Origin: Octopus sinensis
Lineage: Eukaryota
Length of the DNA stretch: 64,000 nucleotides
Assembly: GCF_006345805.1 (NCBI RefSeq)
Contig: NC_042998.1
Coordinates: forward strand, 148,614,001 to 148,678,000
Direction: 5' to 3'
Shown here: piece after piece, positions 1 to 13,300 of the stretch
How the letters are laid out: each line of letters opens with the position of its first letter
How positions within the stretch are numbered: position 1 is the stretch's first letter
Notes under the pieces: generated by a model
Told to the model about the DNA's origin: nothing
Seen by the model: only the letters and a program-made list of their open reading frames with translations
Databases searched by the model: none
Program-made: the position numbers and the translations under genes

Positions 1-781
1 CATATAACATATCATGGTGGTCATATATATGGTAACCTCCATATATACATGTGTGTGTCTGTGGGTGAAGGAGTATGTGTATACACACACAGAGACACAC
101 ACACACACACACATATAATTTGTATTGCTCCACTGTAAGAGGATTGTAAATGTGTTTGACGATGAAAATTTTGAGTTAGCTCGATATATAGATAGCTGAA
201 TCTATATGTGTGTGGTGGTGGAGGGGGAGAAAAGAAAAGTAATGCGAGGAAAATAGATATATGTTGGTACGTAGCTAGATAAGTAGATAGATTATCTGAA
301 TTAAATTATAAGTTACCATAGATAACGTCTAGATAATATAATACTTATTGGTGTGTAAAGATATAGGTGTCGTTAGCGAGACAACGGAGATTTCGATGTT
401 CTACATTCTCAGCTATTCATTATAATTAACACCTATAGATTTTGATAGCGAGGTTTAAATTATTTTACCGTTTCACATTTGTGTGTGCGGGGGGGGGGGG
501 GTTATTCATCGAGCTAAGATGATATCTCACTAATTAAAGCAATAAACTCCATCAAAATTACTTTACTGTCACACGTTGTCAGGTTAAAGTGAACGGTGTC
601 CTGTCTAAATGTCTCTTACATATATCATTTCTTTGACCGGTGTAGGGTTAAAGTGTTGTCACGTCTATTTTCAGCCCTCTGTATTCAATAACCAAAGAAG
701 ATTTTGCAATCTGACGCTTGTATTACTGGTCTAAGACAAATTATTACATAAAAATGCCAATGACTAGTTCTATTAAAAAGA

Positions 782-1000
782 GGATGGCACTGGTCGAATC
801 TTTAGCGCGTTGGGCGAAATGCTTAGTAACATGTCTTCTGGCTCTTTATGTTCCCGGTTTAAATTCCGCCGATGTCAACTTTGCCTTTCATACTTTAGGG
901 GCTGATAAAATAAAACACCGTTCAAGCACTGGGTTCGATGTAATTGACTAAGCTTCTCCCCCTAAAATTGAAGTCCATGTGCCAATTTTGAGAAGCATCC
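782..1000 (+). mobile_element. tRNA-derived SINE, family A, degenerate copy
   Basis: Contains the body GTCAACTTTGCCTTTCATACTTTAGGGGCTGATAAAATAAAACACCGTTCAAGCACTGGGTTCGATGTAATTGAC, shared with copies at 18793, 22084, 31866 and 36136. Confidence 0.75.
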
Positions 1001-1566
1001 ATTAGCAAAAGTAAGTGGATGTGGATACCCATAGCACATCCCTTCGTCTTGTGATAACATTTTTGTCCATTGTAATACGTTGTAATACATTGTAAAACTT
1101 CAATAATCTGCATAGAAAATTAGATGGAATATTTTGATTTGACCACTTTTCATAGGTGTCTATGCAAGCTTCCACGCCTCACTAATATCTCTTCCGAAAA
1201 GAAATTGTTAATTTTGGAAACAAAATCAAAAGCCAGTTCTATATTTAAGAGATGAAGAATTATGTACATTATTTACATTACTTACATTTGACGGGTATAT
1301 GGCGTAGTGGTTAAGACATACAATAGAAATACAAAATGGCTGACGGTTAGTAAGGAGAGACACAAATAAGTAAGAAGAAAACAAAGGACCACTGATGCGG
1401 TCACAGGAGTGTGACGAAAGAACTCTGGCCGAAATAAGATTAAGATTAATGATTAATGTAAAAAATAAATAACACTGAAGCAAAGTAACACCAAATATAT
1501 AGTGCGTGTGTTTTTATTGGCTAAACTGGCAAAATGACCATTCCTAAATACAACAATATATATATA

Positions 1567-1614
<48 letters not shown>

Positions 1615-1628
1615 ATTTAGGAATGGTC

Positions 1629-1665
<37 letters not shown>

Positions 1666-1937
1666 GAGGCGCAATGGCCCAGTGGTTAGGGCAGCGGACT
1701 CGCGGTCGTAGGATCGCGGTTTCGATTCCCAGACCGGGCGTTGTGAGTGTTTATTGTGCGAAAACGCCTAAAAGCTCCGCGAGGCTCAGGAGGGGGGGGG
1801 GTGATCCCTGCTGTACTCTTTCACCATTCTTTCTTCTGTTGGCCTGCTCGCTTAGGCGTCATTCGAAGGCTAAAACAATGCGAACGCATTGTGACCAGCG
1901 ATGTGTAACAACTTCTGATGCTCTGGTCGGTCACGTG

Positions 1938-1940
<3 letters not shown>
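1666..1940 (+). mobile_element. tRNA-derived SINE, family B
   Basis: Head GGAGGCGCAATGGCCCAGTGGTTAGGGCAGCGGACTCGCGGTCGTAGGATCGCGGTTTCGATTCCC with A-box- and B-box-like motifs. GC-rich body flanked by GT and TA/GA microsatellites. Confidence 0.8.
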
Positions 1941-1968
<28 letters not shown>

Positions 1969-2004
1969 GAAAAAGAGAGAGAGAGAGAGAGCGCAGGGGA
2001 AAAG

Positions 2005-2050
<46 letters not shown>

Positions 2051-3221
2051 GTAGATATAGGTTTCGATGAGTTTGTTATAGTTTACGTTGAAGAAACTAG
2101 TGCTAACAGTGAGAGTAAAGCCCAAAATTATGAAATTCTTTAGAACTCCTTGTAAGGTTCGTGGATTGCAATTATTGAGAGTGTTAGTAATGTGTCATCG
2201 TGATACTGTTAAGGAAACGTCCATATAGGATAAATATAGGTAAAAAATGTTGGTGAGCCCTACGGATCCACTCGCTCCTATTTATTAATATTGGATGTCT
2301 TCTTTTTTTTTTGAGTCCTGTTGAAATTACACGAAGGTTTTCTTAGCCTATAGGTTGGATAGTTTCGATTTGGAGTTGTTAATTTAAGAGTTACATATGT
2401 ATTCATGTATGTATGTATGTAAGTAGGTAGGTAGGTAGTGTGCTTCTTCATGGAGTACAAGCCGGTCTCTAACCGGATAACAATACTTTTTGAGTTTAAG
2501 CCAGTTCCCGGTTTTGTAAATATGTGATTGAGTTAGTGTGTGCATATATGTAGGTGTATGCAACGGCACTTATGTTCTGTGTGAGAATGTCTATTTAATA
2601 CACAGGTGTTTGTGTGTGTATGTGTGCGTGTGCATCATTACCTTTTAGATGTGCGTCTTCAAGTTGCACACAGTTAAGTATGGGCATATTTTCATTTAAA
2701 GAATTTCAGATGGAAAATTTTTGGCGTGTCTTTCAAATTTTCGCTGTGCTGCTAATAGAGTGGATTTCGAGGATGTGCGTTCTAATCTCTAATAAACATA
2801 AACTGTCACGTTGGAATTTTTACAGCTAAATATTCCCAAATTTCATTTCGTTGAATCTCTAGAATCTTCTGGTTATTATCCTTCAATCTTGAGAAAACTT
2901 TAGTTACAAGTATTTATGTTTCAAACTCAAATTCAACCTTTCATCATTCTGGTTTCGATAAAATCAAATCCAGTCAAGTGTTCAGATGTCGGGTTTAATA
3001 TATTTGAATAACTCCCCGCCCCCTCTATATCTTTTAGCCTTTGTAGGGTCCGTGTCCGACACAGAATTTGAATATTCCAAGTGTTTAGTAATGGGTCATC
3101 AGGATTGCCGTATTCTTGGACATCGAAAGGGATGAGGAAGGTCTGGTGATTGCGATGGACTTTTGGCTGCGTGTTGTGTGTGTGGTGGTGACCATGGAAA
3201 CATCATCGTAGATTGTAACGC

Positions 3222-3262
3222 CTAACAACTGCAGCAATTTTCACCGAGTTCAGCATACTTAT
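3222..3262 (-). CDS. Candidate terminal coding exon of an unidentified gene, (D)KYAELGENCCSC*
   Basis: Strong minus-strand acceptor CTTCTTTATCTTACTTTTTTTTTCAG|ATAAGTATG. The phase-1 start fits the phase-1 donor at 7599. No homology recognised. Confidence 0.4.
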
Positions 3263-3399
3263 CTGAAAAAAAAAGTAAGATAAAGAAGCTGGCTAAGCCG
3301 TTCATAGGAGGGATGTAATTATAAGCAAAGATTGGGATCTAAAACAACAACACAAACGAATGAAAGAAACAAGAATAACAGAAATAACTATAGCATGAT

Positions 3400-3775
3400 T
3401 ACTATGGTAGTGCTGGTGTCGGAGTGATAACGGTGTTGGTGGTGTTGGTGGGGGGTGATGGTAGTGGTGCTGGTGACGATTGTTTTGGTGGCGGTGGTAT
3501 GGTAGTTTCGTTGTTATTGTTAGTGGTTTTTAATGGTGGTAATGGTTTTGGTGGTGATGACTTTGGTGGTGGTATTTAACTTTCTGCTGTCTTTGTTGTT
3601 GGTGGTGATGGTTTTCTTGGTGGCGGTGGACGTTTTCTTGGTGGTGATAGTTTTGTTGTTCGTTTTATAAATGACTGTGGATCTAGCGGTAGTTTTGTGG
3701 TGGTGGTTGTTGTTACTCGAGGTAATAGTGGTGATAACGTGCTAAGGAAGTTAATGCATATATTGAGTCGCACTT
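3400..3775. repeat. Low-complexity GGT/GAT/GTT trinucleotide mosaic
   Basis: Interleaved short GGT, GTT and GAT runs. Confidence 0.85.
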
Positions 3776-4819
3776 TCTGCTACTCAGTGACTCACTTCTG
3801 GATTATTCCATGAAACAAATGTAGTACACTGATGGACGACTATTAAGTTATTAACATAGTCAGATTTCCAGCCGCAAATATGTCTACTGAGACATGTACA
3901 CGGATTGATGGTTATTTCTGTTACTAAGACCGAGTAGGTTCGCCTTACAATACAGACATATACCTCAGGACTAACGATGATTAAAAAAACTCTTGCTGCA
4001 AATAGTGGGTAAGCCTTGGGTGGAGTGTAAGACTCCACTCATACGTTACTCCTATTAATAATTACTGAATCTACTACAGAGAGTCAGTAAACATTGAGAA
4101 GAGTCCCAGATTCACATTATCCAATCACGAGCAATACTTATCAATAATTGGCTAGACTTACAATTGAGAGTTGTCTCACGACGTCCTATCATGCACACGC
4201 ATGTTTTCTCTTCGATGATGATGACAATGACGACGATGTTTATGATGACAACGACGTCGACAATGATATCTATTACTATCTCAAAACCATAAGATTATTG
4301 GCCGTTCACAAAACTTCTGTATACTTCATCTAACATTTGCATTAACGGTGAGACTATACTTCATTGATGAGGTGCAATAACACCGAAACATGTTCGGAAC
4401 CATCTCCAAACTGACAGGCCACACGTTCCTTATTGTATTTGGGCGTTGTCTCCCCTGACTTGTGAATAGAATTATTATCTTTTTTGTTTTAATATTAATT
4501 GTTTCAATTATTAACGCTATGATTTATTGAATAATTTCAGACTACTAGATTAACTAATTAACTATAATACTGCCTGCTTTACACTCGACGCTAGAATTAC
4601 TTTTCAACGAATAGTAATTTCTATCGGAAAATGTAGAATAGGTTGGCAGAATCTATTGACTCGAAACTCGCAGCAACAAGGGCAGCAACAGCAACAACAA
4701 CAGTAATAGCAAAAGTAAAGGAGCGAATTTGATTTGCTAGAAATAGGAACTAAATCTCCCTTAAAATGTACTCTGCCGTCCTGAAATAAATCTGGTCAAA
4801 TATATTTTTAAAAACATCA

Positions 4820-5707
4820 TCCTCATCATCATCATCATCGACAAAAACAACATACACATGTCGAGAGATTGAGAGAAATGTAGTCTACAAATTCGCTCAT
4901 GTAAGATTGTGATCGGAAAAGTATGAAAGGTGACAGTGGAGATCTTTTGGACCGAAAACCGTATCAGAGCTTGTGGCCAGAGATAAAGACCGGCTGAGAT
5001 AACAGACAACGGAGAGAAGGAAGGAAGAGCAACAGTAGCAACAATAGTAGTAATAGTAGCCGTAGTAGTAGTAGTATTAGTAGTAATAGTAGTAGTAGTA
5101 GTAGTAGTAGTAGTAATAGTAGTAGTAGTAGGAGGAGGAGGAGGTGGAAGAGGAAGTGGAGGAGGAGTGGTTGTACGAGAGGGCAGCAACAGTTGATTGA
5201 TGATGATGATGATGTAGACGACGACAATGATGATGATGATGACGATGATGATGTCAACGATGACGATGACGACGACGACGACGATGATGACCATGATGAT
5301 GATGATGATGGTTGGGGTGATGGTGGCTATGACAGATGTATTTATTTCTACTCTTTTGCTTTTGATGCGTTCAAATATATTTTTAATATTCTTTTTTCTT
5401 TTCTTTCATTGACGTTGGCTGTTTGTATTATTTTTAATGTTGCTATGGACGCCATTGTTGTTGCTACTGTTGTTGCTGTAGTTGTTATTGCGGTAGTCGT
5501 TCTTGTTGTCGTCACTGTTACTGCTGTTACTGCTGTTCGTGTTTTTGTTTCTGTTGTTGTTGATGATGATAATGATGACGATGATGGTAATGATGATGTT
5601 TCATTTTAGCTTCTCTGATTTTCTGCTTCATTATTTAGAAATCCCTCCCACTATCACTCTTCTTCATTCACTTTTTTCTGAACGCAGTACTAATAGCAGC
5701 AGCAGTG

Positions 5708-5744
<37 letters not shown>

Positions 5745-5829
5745 AGGAGTAGCAGTAGTAGTAACAGCAGCAGCAGAAGCCATAGTAGTAGTTGAAGTAA
5801 CAGTAGTAGTAGTAATAGTAATAGTAGTG

Positions 5830-5889
<60 letters not shown>

Positions 5890-6058
5890 ACAATAATGTC
5901 ATTATGATGATGATGATCATTATTATCGCCATAATCATACGCAGTAACTCCCAATCTCAACAATATCAACAAAACCACCAGCACCACCTCCACCATATCT
6001 CGGTGTCATCATCATCACCACAATTACCGTCGTCATCATCATCATTATCATCATCACC

Positions 6059-6092
<34 letters not shown>

Positions 6093-6336
6093 GCGTTCTG
6101 CTATCAACTTTTACACATTGTTCCACGCTGTTTTTCCCTCACCCTTCCCCGGCACCCACTCTCCTACTCTTTCATCTACTCAAGTTTCTCTTTTCTTCTT
6201 GTCGCTTTCATTTCTTTTTGTTTTCCATTTATTCCTGTACTTTATTCTCTATCACCATTATCATCATCATCATCGTCGTCGTCACCACCACCACCATCAT
6301 CACCATCATCATCATCATCATCATCATCATCCTCAT

Positions 6337-6367
<31 letters not shown>

Positions 6368-6586
6368 AGCAGCAACACTATCATCGTCAGCGTTGTCATC
6401 ATCTTCATCGTCATATTGTCATGATTGTCATCGTCGTCATCATCACCATCATCATTAATATTTTTATTACTACTATTATTTCTATTACTATGATTATTAT
6501 TATTGTTCTTTATTATTGATGTCATCACTATAAATGTTATTTTGTAATTGTTGCTATTATTATTATTATTATCATTATTATTATTA

Positions 6587-6677
<91 letters not shown>

Positions 6678-6700
6678 CATTATTATTATTATTATTATTA

Positions 6701-6765
<65 letters not shown>

Positions 6766-7560
6766 GGCATCACAAATACCATCATCATCATGACCATGAG
6801 TTCTGCTATTTTTTCCTTTCCGTTGTGATATATTTTTTTTTTTTTCTGTTTTGTTCTTTCTTTTTCTCTCTGTTTATTTATTTTAATGTGTCTCATCATT
6901 CTTTTCCTTCTGCTTTTCTTTCGAAACGGACTCTTCAATAATACCACAAAGGCAAGAAATGGCGACGACCACGATCACGACCACGACGACTATGATAACG
7001 TTGTGGTGATTGTGATAGAGGCACAAGCGGCGATGGCGATGTTGGTGGTAGTAGTGTGAAGATGATGATGATAACGATGAGGAAGTGGATGATCAAGAAG
7101 AGGATAACGACGATGAAGACTACGATGACGATGATTAGGATGTTGGTGGTGATGGTGATGTTAGTTGGGGTGGTGGCGGTGGTAATGATGATGATGACGA
7201 CGACGATGATGATACTGATGATGATGATGATGACGACGACGGCGCCGATGATGGTGATGATGATGATGATCACGACGATAATGATTGTGGTAGACGTGAT
7301 CGTGAAGTAAGAAGGTGGTAGTGGTGTTGGTGCTGATAGTGGAGCTGGTTTGACGATAGCAGAAGCAATGATGGTTGTGATGTAGACGGTGGTGGTATCG
7401 TTGCTGTCGTTGGTGACGGAACCAATGGTTTGTAATGATGGTGCTGGTAACGACAATGTTGTTGTTGGTGGTGGTGCTGATGGGGATGATGGTGGTGGAG
7501 GGGGTTCGAAGAGGGCGACGGTGTTTGCAACGAGGAAGTTAGAGAGGCGGTAGAAGGGCT
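4820..7560. repeat. Large compound trinucleotide block (GTA, GAT, CAT, GCA, TTA, GGT) including a (TTA)n array at about 6545-6766
   Basis: Direct reading. It produces the poly-Y/L/I/H/S ORFs in all frames. Confidence 0.9.
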
Positions 7561-7598
7561 GGGTAGGTCGACATTTGTATGGAGCTGACATAGCTCAC

Positions 7599-7635
7599 CG
7601 TAGCCGAATTCCTCCCAGCATGCTGGATTCATTTC
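7599..7635 (-). CDS. Candidate internal coding exon, EMNPACWEEFGY(D); an alternative AAG acceptor would extend it to 7658
   Basis: Minus-strand acceptor TTTCTCCTACGTCATATCCGCAG|GAAATG downstream of a long T-rich tract, and donor TACG|GTGAGC. It is a unique-sequence island between simple repeats. Confidence 0.42.
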
Positions 7636-7680
7636 CTGCGGATATGACGTAGGAGAAACTTTAAAACAAAAAAAAATAAT

Positions 7681-7779
7681 AAATAACTAAACGAAAATTA
7701 AAATCAAACAGAAAAACAAAAAAAAATAACAAATAACTAAACGAAAATTAAAATCAAACAGAAAAACAAAAAAAATAAC
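7681..7779. repeat. Tandem duplication of a 50-bp A-rich unit
   Basis: AAATAACTAAACGAAAATTAAAATCAAACAGAAAAACAAAAAAAAATAAC at 7681 and again at 7731. Confidence 0.85.
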
Positions 7780-7959
7780 AAAAACAATAATAACAAACGA
7801 AAACAAGAACAGCAACAAGAACATAAGAGAAAAATAAATAAGTAAATAAAAACAAGCAGAACAAATAACAAAAGCCTTACAATACGATATTGATTAAATT
7901 CAAACGACAGCCAGCATTGGCAGCATTAGCAGAAATCAGACGACAGCAGATTACACACA

Positions 7960-7960
7960 T

Positions 7961-8017
<57 letters not shown>

Positions 8018-8187
8018 TGCATACACACATGCATACACATATACATACATACATACATACACACACACATATATATACAGACATATGAGCATTCATACAC
8101 ATGTATATGCAAATATGTACACGCATGTATGCATATGTATATATTATATATGTGTGTGTGTGTATTTGCATATAGGTATAGGTAGGC

Positions 8188-8220
<33 letters not shown>

Positions 8221-8226
8221 ATATAT

Positions 8227-8259
<33 letters not shown>

Positions 8260-8615
8260 GTACGTACGTCTGTATGTACGTCTGTGTGTGTCTTTATGTA
8301 ATTGCACATACACATTTATTAAACGACAGTTTGTCTTTAGAAATACCAAAATAAGAAACTGTATAAATGTATATAGACATATGTATTTATGCATAAGTAT
8401 ATATTTTGTATGTATTTATGCATATATATACACATACATGCATATATGCATATATATATGTGTGGTGTGTGTGTAAATACATATATATATAATATATATG
8501 TATGTATTTATATATGTATATATATGTCTATATATGTATGTGTGTATGTATATATATATATATATATTATATATATATATATGTATGTATTTATATATGT
8601 ATATATATATATATT

Positions 8616-8662
<47 letters not shown>

Positions 8663-8740
8663 TATATATAATATATATGTATATATATATATATGTATAA
8701 ATGCACACACACACACACACACACACACAAACTCACACAC
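7960..8740. repeat. (CA)n/(TA)n/(TACA)n compound microsatellite, representative of many such blocks in the window
   Basis: Direct reading. Similar blocks occur at about 9050-9600, 12780-13020, 22880-23100, 26020-26280, 32075-32430, 49020-49860, 50130-51410, 59700-60080, 61790-62160 and 63560-63960. Confidence 0.95.
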
Positions 8741-9471
8741 ACATATATTGTGATTCATATACATCAGTGAGCATACACCAGGCAGCATATATTTACTTAC
8801 ATATAGATCAGTGTCTATAATGATGGTGATGTATGCGGCGTGCTTTATATCCGTAGTGGCAGTGTTGATGTTGTCCATTGTCATGGAGCTAGTAAGTGTG
8901 AAAATGAAGACGGAAGAGAGAAACAATATTACATTTTTTTTCCTTGAATATAAAAGTTAAATAAATAACTTTAATTTAGAAATGGAGATTTGAAGAGAGA
9001 CAGGGAGTCTGACTATAGATATTTATACACACACATTAAACCGATATGCTCTCGCGCATAACCACACACACACACACACACACACCACACACACACGCTC
9101 GCACACATATGTGTCTGTGCATATATTTATTTATATATGTATATGTGTACGTGGGTATATATACAGACGGTGATTCGAGAGATCACACACGTAGACATGC
9201 ACAGAAAATCCACACATGTATAGTTATGAGATCATACATATATGCACATGAGTATATATGTATATGCATATACATATTTATATAATACATTTGTATATAT
9301 ACATATATATATATGTACACATAAAATGTATATATATTTTTTATGCCTATATGCATACGTATATACGTACATGCATTCATACTCACAGAAAATGATTTGT
9401 ATATATAATAATGTATGTGTGTGTGTGTACACACATACTTACTTGTATCCCTCTCCTAAACTCAGTGTGTG

Positions 9472-9551
<80 letters not shown>

Positions 9552-9885
9552 ATACATACAAAGGCACACACACACACATACACACATAGAGAGATAAACA
9601 GAAGTATACACAAATACATACGGATGACATGCATAATGTAAACGTGAAAAAATTTGGTCGTTTTTCCTCGCTCGTAATAACAACCAAATCACTCAAAAGA
9701 CTGTTTATCGTCTTATGAAAAGAGAAGGACGTGTTGGATAAATATAGTCTGAGACTGCATATAATTTGAATGATGAGATATCACTGGCAGAACGCTTTGA
9801 TGGTAAGCAGGTCTGTTGAATTATAGCTGACCTGGTGTTAAATAACTTATATACTTCGAAATAGATTTTTGAATCACTCATACTA

Positions 9886-9923
<38 letters not shown>

Positions 9924-10130
9924 GCACACACAGATATATACATACACACACACGCGCGCGCACACACACAACACACGCACATACACACACACACACACAT
10001 ATTTATATATACATATAAATCGTATTATGCTTAGAAGTGATTCACATTCCCAGAAATCACTCGAAATCTTTGTTCCAGTACCCGTCTAAGTGGATTTAAG
10101 ACTGGCGAGCTTGTACGGGATATAAAATCG

Positions 10131-10412
10131 TGTAATGTATAAAATGAAGTCAAGCCATAGTCAAGCAATGATATTTAAATATATTTAAGATGGGTGGTTC
10201 AGATATTTGCGAAGTAAATAAAATGGGTATTTCATTTCTTACGCAAAATCTTCCTCGGCTTAGGACCTATCATAATTGATATCTCTCAACTGAGGAAGAT
10301 TTTGCGTAAGAGATGAAAATCCCTTTTTATCTATTGCATAACTATCTGAAACGTACGTATTAAATGTGTCCAAAATGTTATTACTTTCTTTGACTTCATT
10401 TTATACATTATA
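10131..10412. mobile_element. Imperfect palindromic element (MITE-like fold-back)
   Basis: TAATGTATAAAATGAAGTCAA pairs with TTGACTTCATTTTATACATTA. The inner TTTCTTACGCAAAATCTTCCTC pairs with GAGGAAGATTTTGCGTAAGAGA. Confidence 0.65.
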
Positions 10413-11508
10413 TAATGTATATAACTTTATGGAGTCGTGTATATATTTAAGTGTGGCAAAAAGCTGTAGATATTAGAGCTTAAAATCGTATATCGCGTTA
10501 AACACCAAAATTCGCATATGTAATACATGCACATGAATAATGCTGCATATGCTGCAGAATAGCCTGGAACGGATGAGCAGAGCAAAATACATTTGCATAA
10601 GATTAGAAAATTATATCAATGACATTTCAAAATATTCCTTCTTCCTGCTGTTTTAGCTCCTCATTACTAACATCACAATTAAATTGTATACCTGTTACTA
10701 TAATAGTATTCTTGTTAGTATAATACAACACACAAGAATCACAACATCATGGACTTATTCAAATATGAATAAAAAAATCCAAAATTTCTCTTCTGCAGGT
10801 TGAAAATATTTTAAAAAAACCTACCAAAAGTCAAAATGAAAATAGAAAATAAAGGAATCTCAAGATAAAAAAGTGTGGAAAAGGAAGATATAATAAAAAA
10901 AAAATGAAATAAAGTGTAAGAATTTCTTATGTTGGTCGTTTGGAGATTAAGGATTGTAAATCCTAACCAGCCGTCGAGATATCATCTATTATTCAGATTA
11001 CAGCGATGCTGTAAAAGTTCAAACATAAAAGTTCAAACATAAAACAAAAGATTAGAGATAAGATTATGAGGCATCAAACAGCTATAACAAAGATATCCAT
11101 TATAGACATCCGTAATTATTCATATCAATGAAACTCCATACATACATACATGCATCCATAGATACATATTGTTGCTATTATGCAAAAGTATCGTAAATCC
11201 AAAACGTTGCTTTTTCAGAAAACGAAAAAATAGTTTCCATAGCAAAACCGTTGTGCTATACTTAGACAATCTTTGATATCTTGGCATTTGAACCGGCTGG
11301 AGATACGATAGTTTGACGAAAAGAACCAGCTATTGCAAGCAAAAATAAATATTGAAAAATACGCATTTGGCCAAATTTGGACATACGACAGTTTCACATA
11401 ATATCAACGAATGTAGACATACACATATTGATACAAATATTCAAATATTTGTGTGTAAGGTGACAGACACATATGGACTTATATGTATCTATATCATACA
11501 CACACACA

Positions 11509-12781
11509 CAGGAGTTGGACAAAATAATGGAAACCCTTTAAAATTTCAAAGAAATTTATTTTAATATGGGGTAGGACAGCCCTTGCCACTAATTACAGCT
11601 TGAATTCTACGCGGTATGGACTCGTACAAAGTTTGAATTGTTTCCAAAGGAATTTTTGTCCATTCTTCAGCAAAAACAGTTTCCAATTCTTGTAGTGATG
11701 ATGGTGGAGGATATCGGCTTCTTACTTGTTTTTCTAAAATGTACCATAAATGTTCAATAATATTGAGATCTGGGGACTGCGGTGGCCAGATAAGATGTTC
11801 AACTTCACTAGAATGTTCCTCGTGCCATTCAGTTACAAATTTAGCTGTGTGAATTGGTGCATTATCATCCTAAAAGATTGCATTTTCCTCCGGAAACAAT
11901 TTCGCAACCATAGGATGAATTTGATCAGATAAAGTACTTAAATAGTCGTGACTATTACTTCTGCCATGAAAGGAAACCATTGGGCCGGCAGATTTCCAAG
12001 ATATAGCCTCCAAGATCATCACAGATCCTCTTCCATGTTTAATTGTTGGAAGAAGGCAATCTGGGTCAAATTCTTCTTTTGGCTGTCTCTACACGTATAC
12101 TCGGCCGGTGGTCGGAAATAAGTTAAAGGATGACTCGTCTGAGAAAATAATATTCTTCCACTGCTCCAGGGACCAATTCTGTAGGTTTTTATTCCACTCT
12201 AAATGCTTTGTAATGTTTGTTTTTGAAAATATTGGTTTTCTGATTGCAGCACTCCAGTGAAATCCGGCTATGTGTAGCTGTCGGCTAACAGTTTTTGTGG
12301 AAACTGGGTTCTCGAGGTGGTCATTAATCTCTGCAGTAATTTCGGGAGCTGTACTTTTGTGATCCTTTCTATCAATTCGCGTAAGAGTCCGACGGTTCCT
12401 ATCTGAAAGTGTTGGTTTTCTTCCGGAGTTTTGTTTAGATGAGGAGGTTTTTCCCTCTTTCTCAAAGGCTGCCATTACTTTCCAGACAGTACTTTTTGAT
12501 ACACCAAACATTTCGGCGGTTTTCGTTACGCTAGCATCTGCCATATGAGCAGCAACAATTTGACCCCTTTGAAAGTCCGACAGATCTGTCATTTTAATGA
12601 ATTTTTATTACCTTTCTCTGCTGATATCTGAAAAAAAAACAGCAATTTTGGCAAAACTTATTAAACATCACTAATAATAAAAAATAATAATAATAAACAA
12701 GCTTTTGGCGGTTTTTTTATAGATATTTCAAAATTATGATGTTGTGATGCTAGGTGTTTCCATTATTTTGTCCAACCCATG
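11509..12781 (-). mobile_element. Full-length Tc1-family DNA transposon
   Basis: TIRs CAGGAGTTGGACAAAATAATGGAAACC and GGTGTTTCCATTATTTTGTCCAACCCATG, inserted in CA/TA repeats, with an internal transposase. Confidence 0.92.
11561..12592 (-). pseudogene. Tc1 DD34E transposase pseudogene (344 codons, frame intact, two in-frame TAG stops)
   Basis: HTH region MTDLSDFQRGQIV..SGRKPTLS, then IFSDESSF, F*DDNAPIH and WPPQSPDLNIIEHLW, ending GKGCPTPY*. Stops at 12089 (VYV*RQPKE) and just before DDNAP. Confidence 0.9.
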
Positions 12782-12860
12782 CATATATATATATATATAT
12801 ATATATACTATATATATATATATATATTATATATATATATGTATATTTATATATATATAT

Positions 12861-12894
<34 letters not shown>

Positions 12895-13020
12895 ATATTA
12901 TATATATATATTATATATATATAGAGAGAGAGAGAGATGTGTGTATTTGTATATGTGCACATACGAACACATATACATGTATTAGCTTTCTATGCGTGTA
13001 TATATATATATATACATATA

Positions 13021-13300
13021 CAGGGAGAATTCACAAAAAAAGACGAAGACAGGTACGTGTAGACAACAAACAGATGTATTAGTTTAACGGTCGGGAAGAG
13101 AAAAAGTCTTTAACGTTTCGAGCCTACGCTCTTCCACAGAAAGGAACACAGAAGGAAACACGGACAGAAGTTCGTTGGGTGATGAGAGGAAATAGGATCA
13201 ACGGGTGAGACCACGTGAGCGTGTAATATATGGAGAGAATTCACAAAAAAAAACAAAAACAAAAGACGAAGACGGGGAATGCTGGACGAAAGTAATTTCA
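13021..13300 (-). mobile_element. Penelope-like-element-derived non-autonomous repeat carrying a hammerhead-like motif (13106-13145)
   Basis: Minus strand reads CCTTT CTGTGGAA GAGC GTAG GCTC GAAA CG TT AAAG. Homologous copies at 40729 and 42040. Confidence 0.65.

Noticed and set aside
1666-1740. tRNA genes at the SINE heads (also 15121 and 61134)
   Set aside because: A/B boxes are present, but there is no complete cloverleaf and the sequence runs on into repeat bodies.
3796-3917. Possible minus-strand exon (EITINPCTCLSRHICGW..NNPE) with a GTGAGT donor
   Set aside because: The acceptor is weak, there is no recognisable homology, and it is adjacent to decayed PLE-like sequence.
7599-7658. Alternative frame FSYVISAGNESSMLGGIRLR, reminiscent of the polycystin LGxxRLRQ motif
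   Set aside because: It needs the rarer AAG acceptor, hits a stop immediately if spliced to the 3262 exon, and I found no other polycystin-like exon in the window. Not excluded without RNA data.
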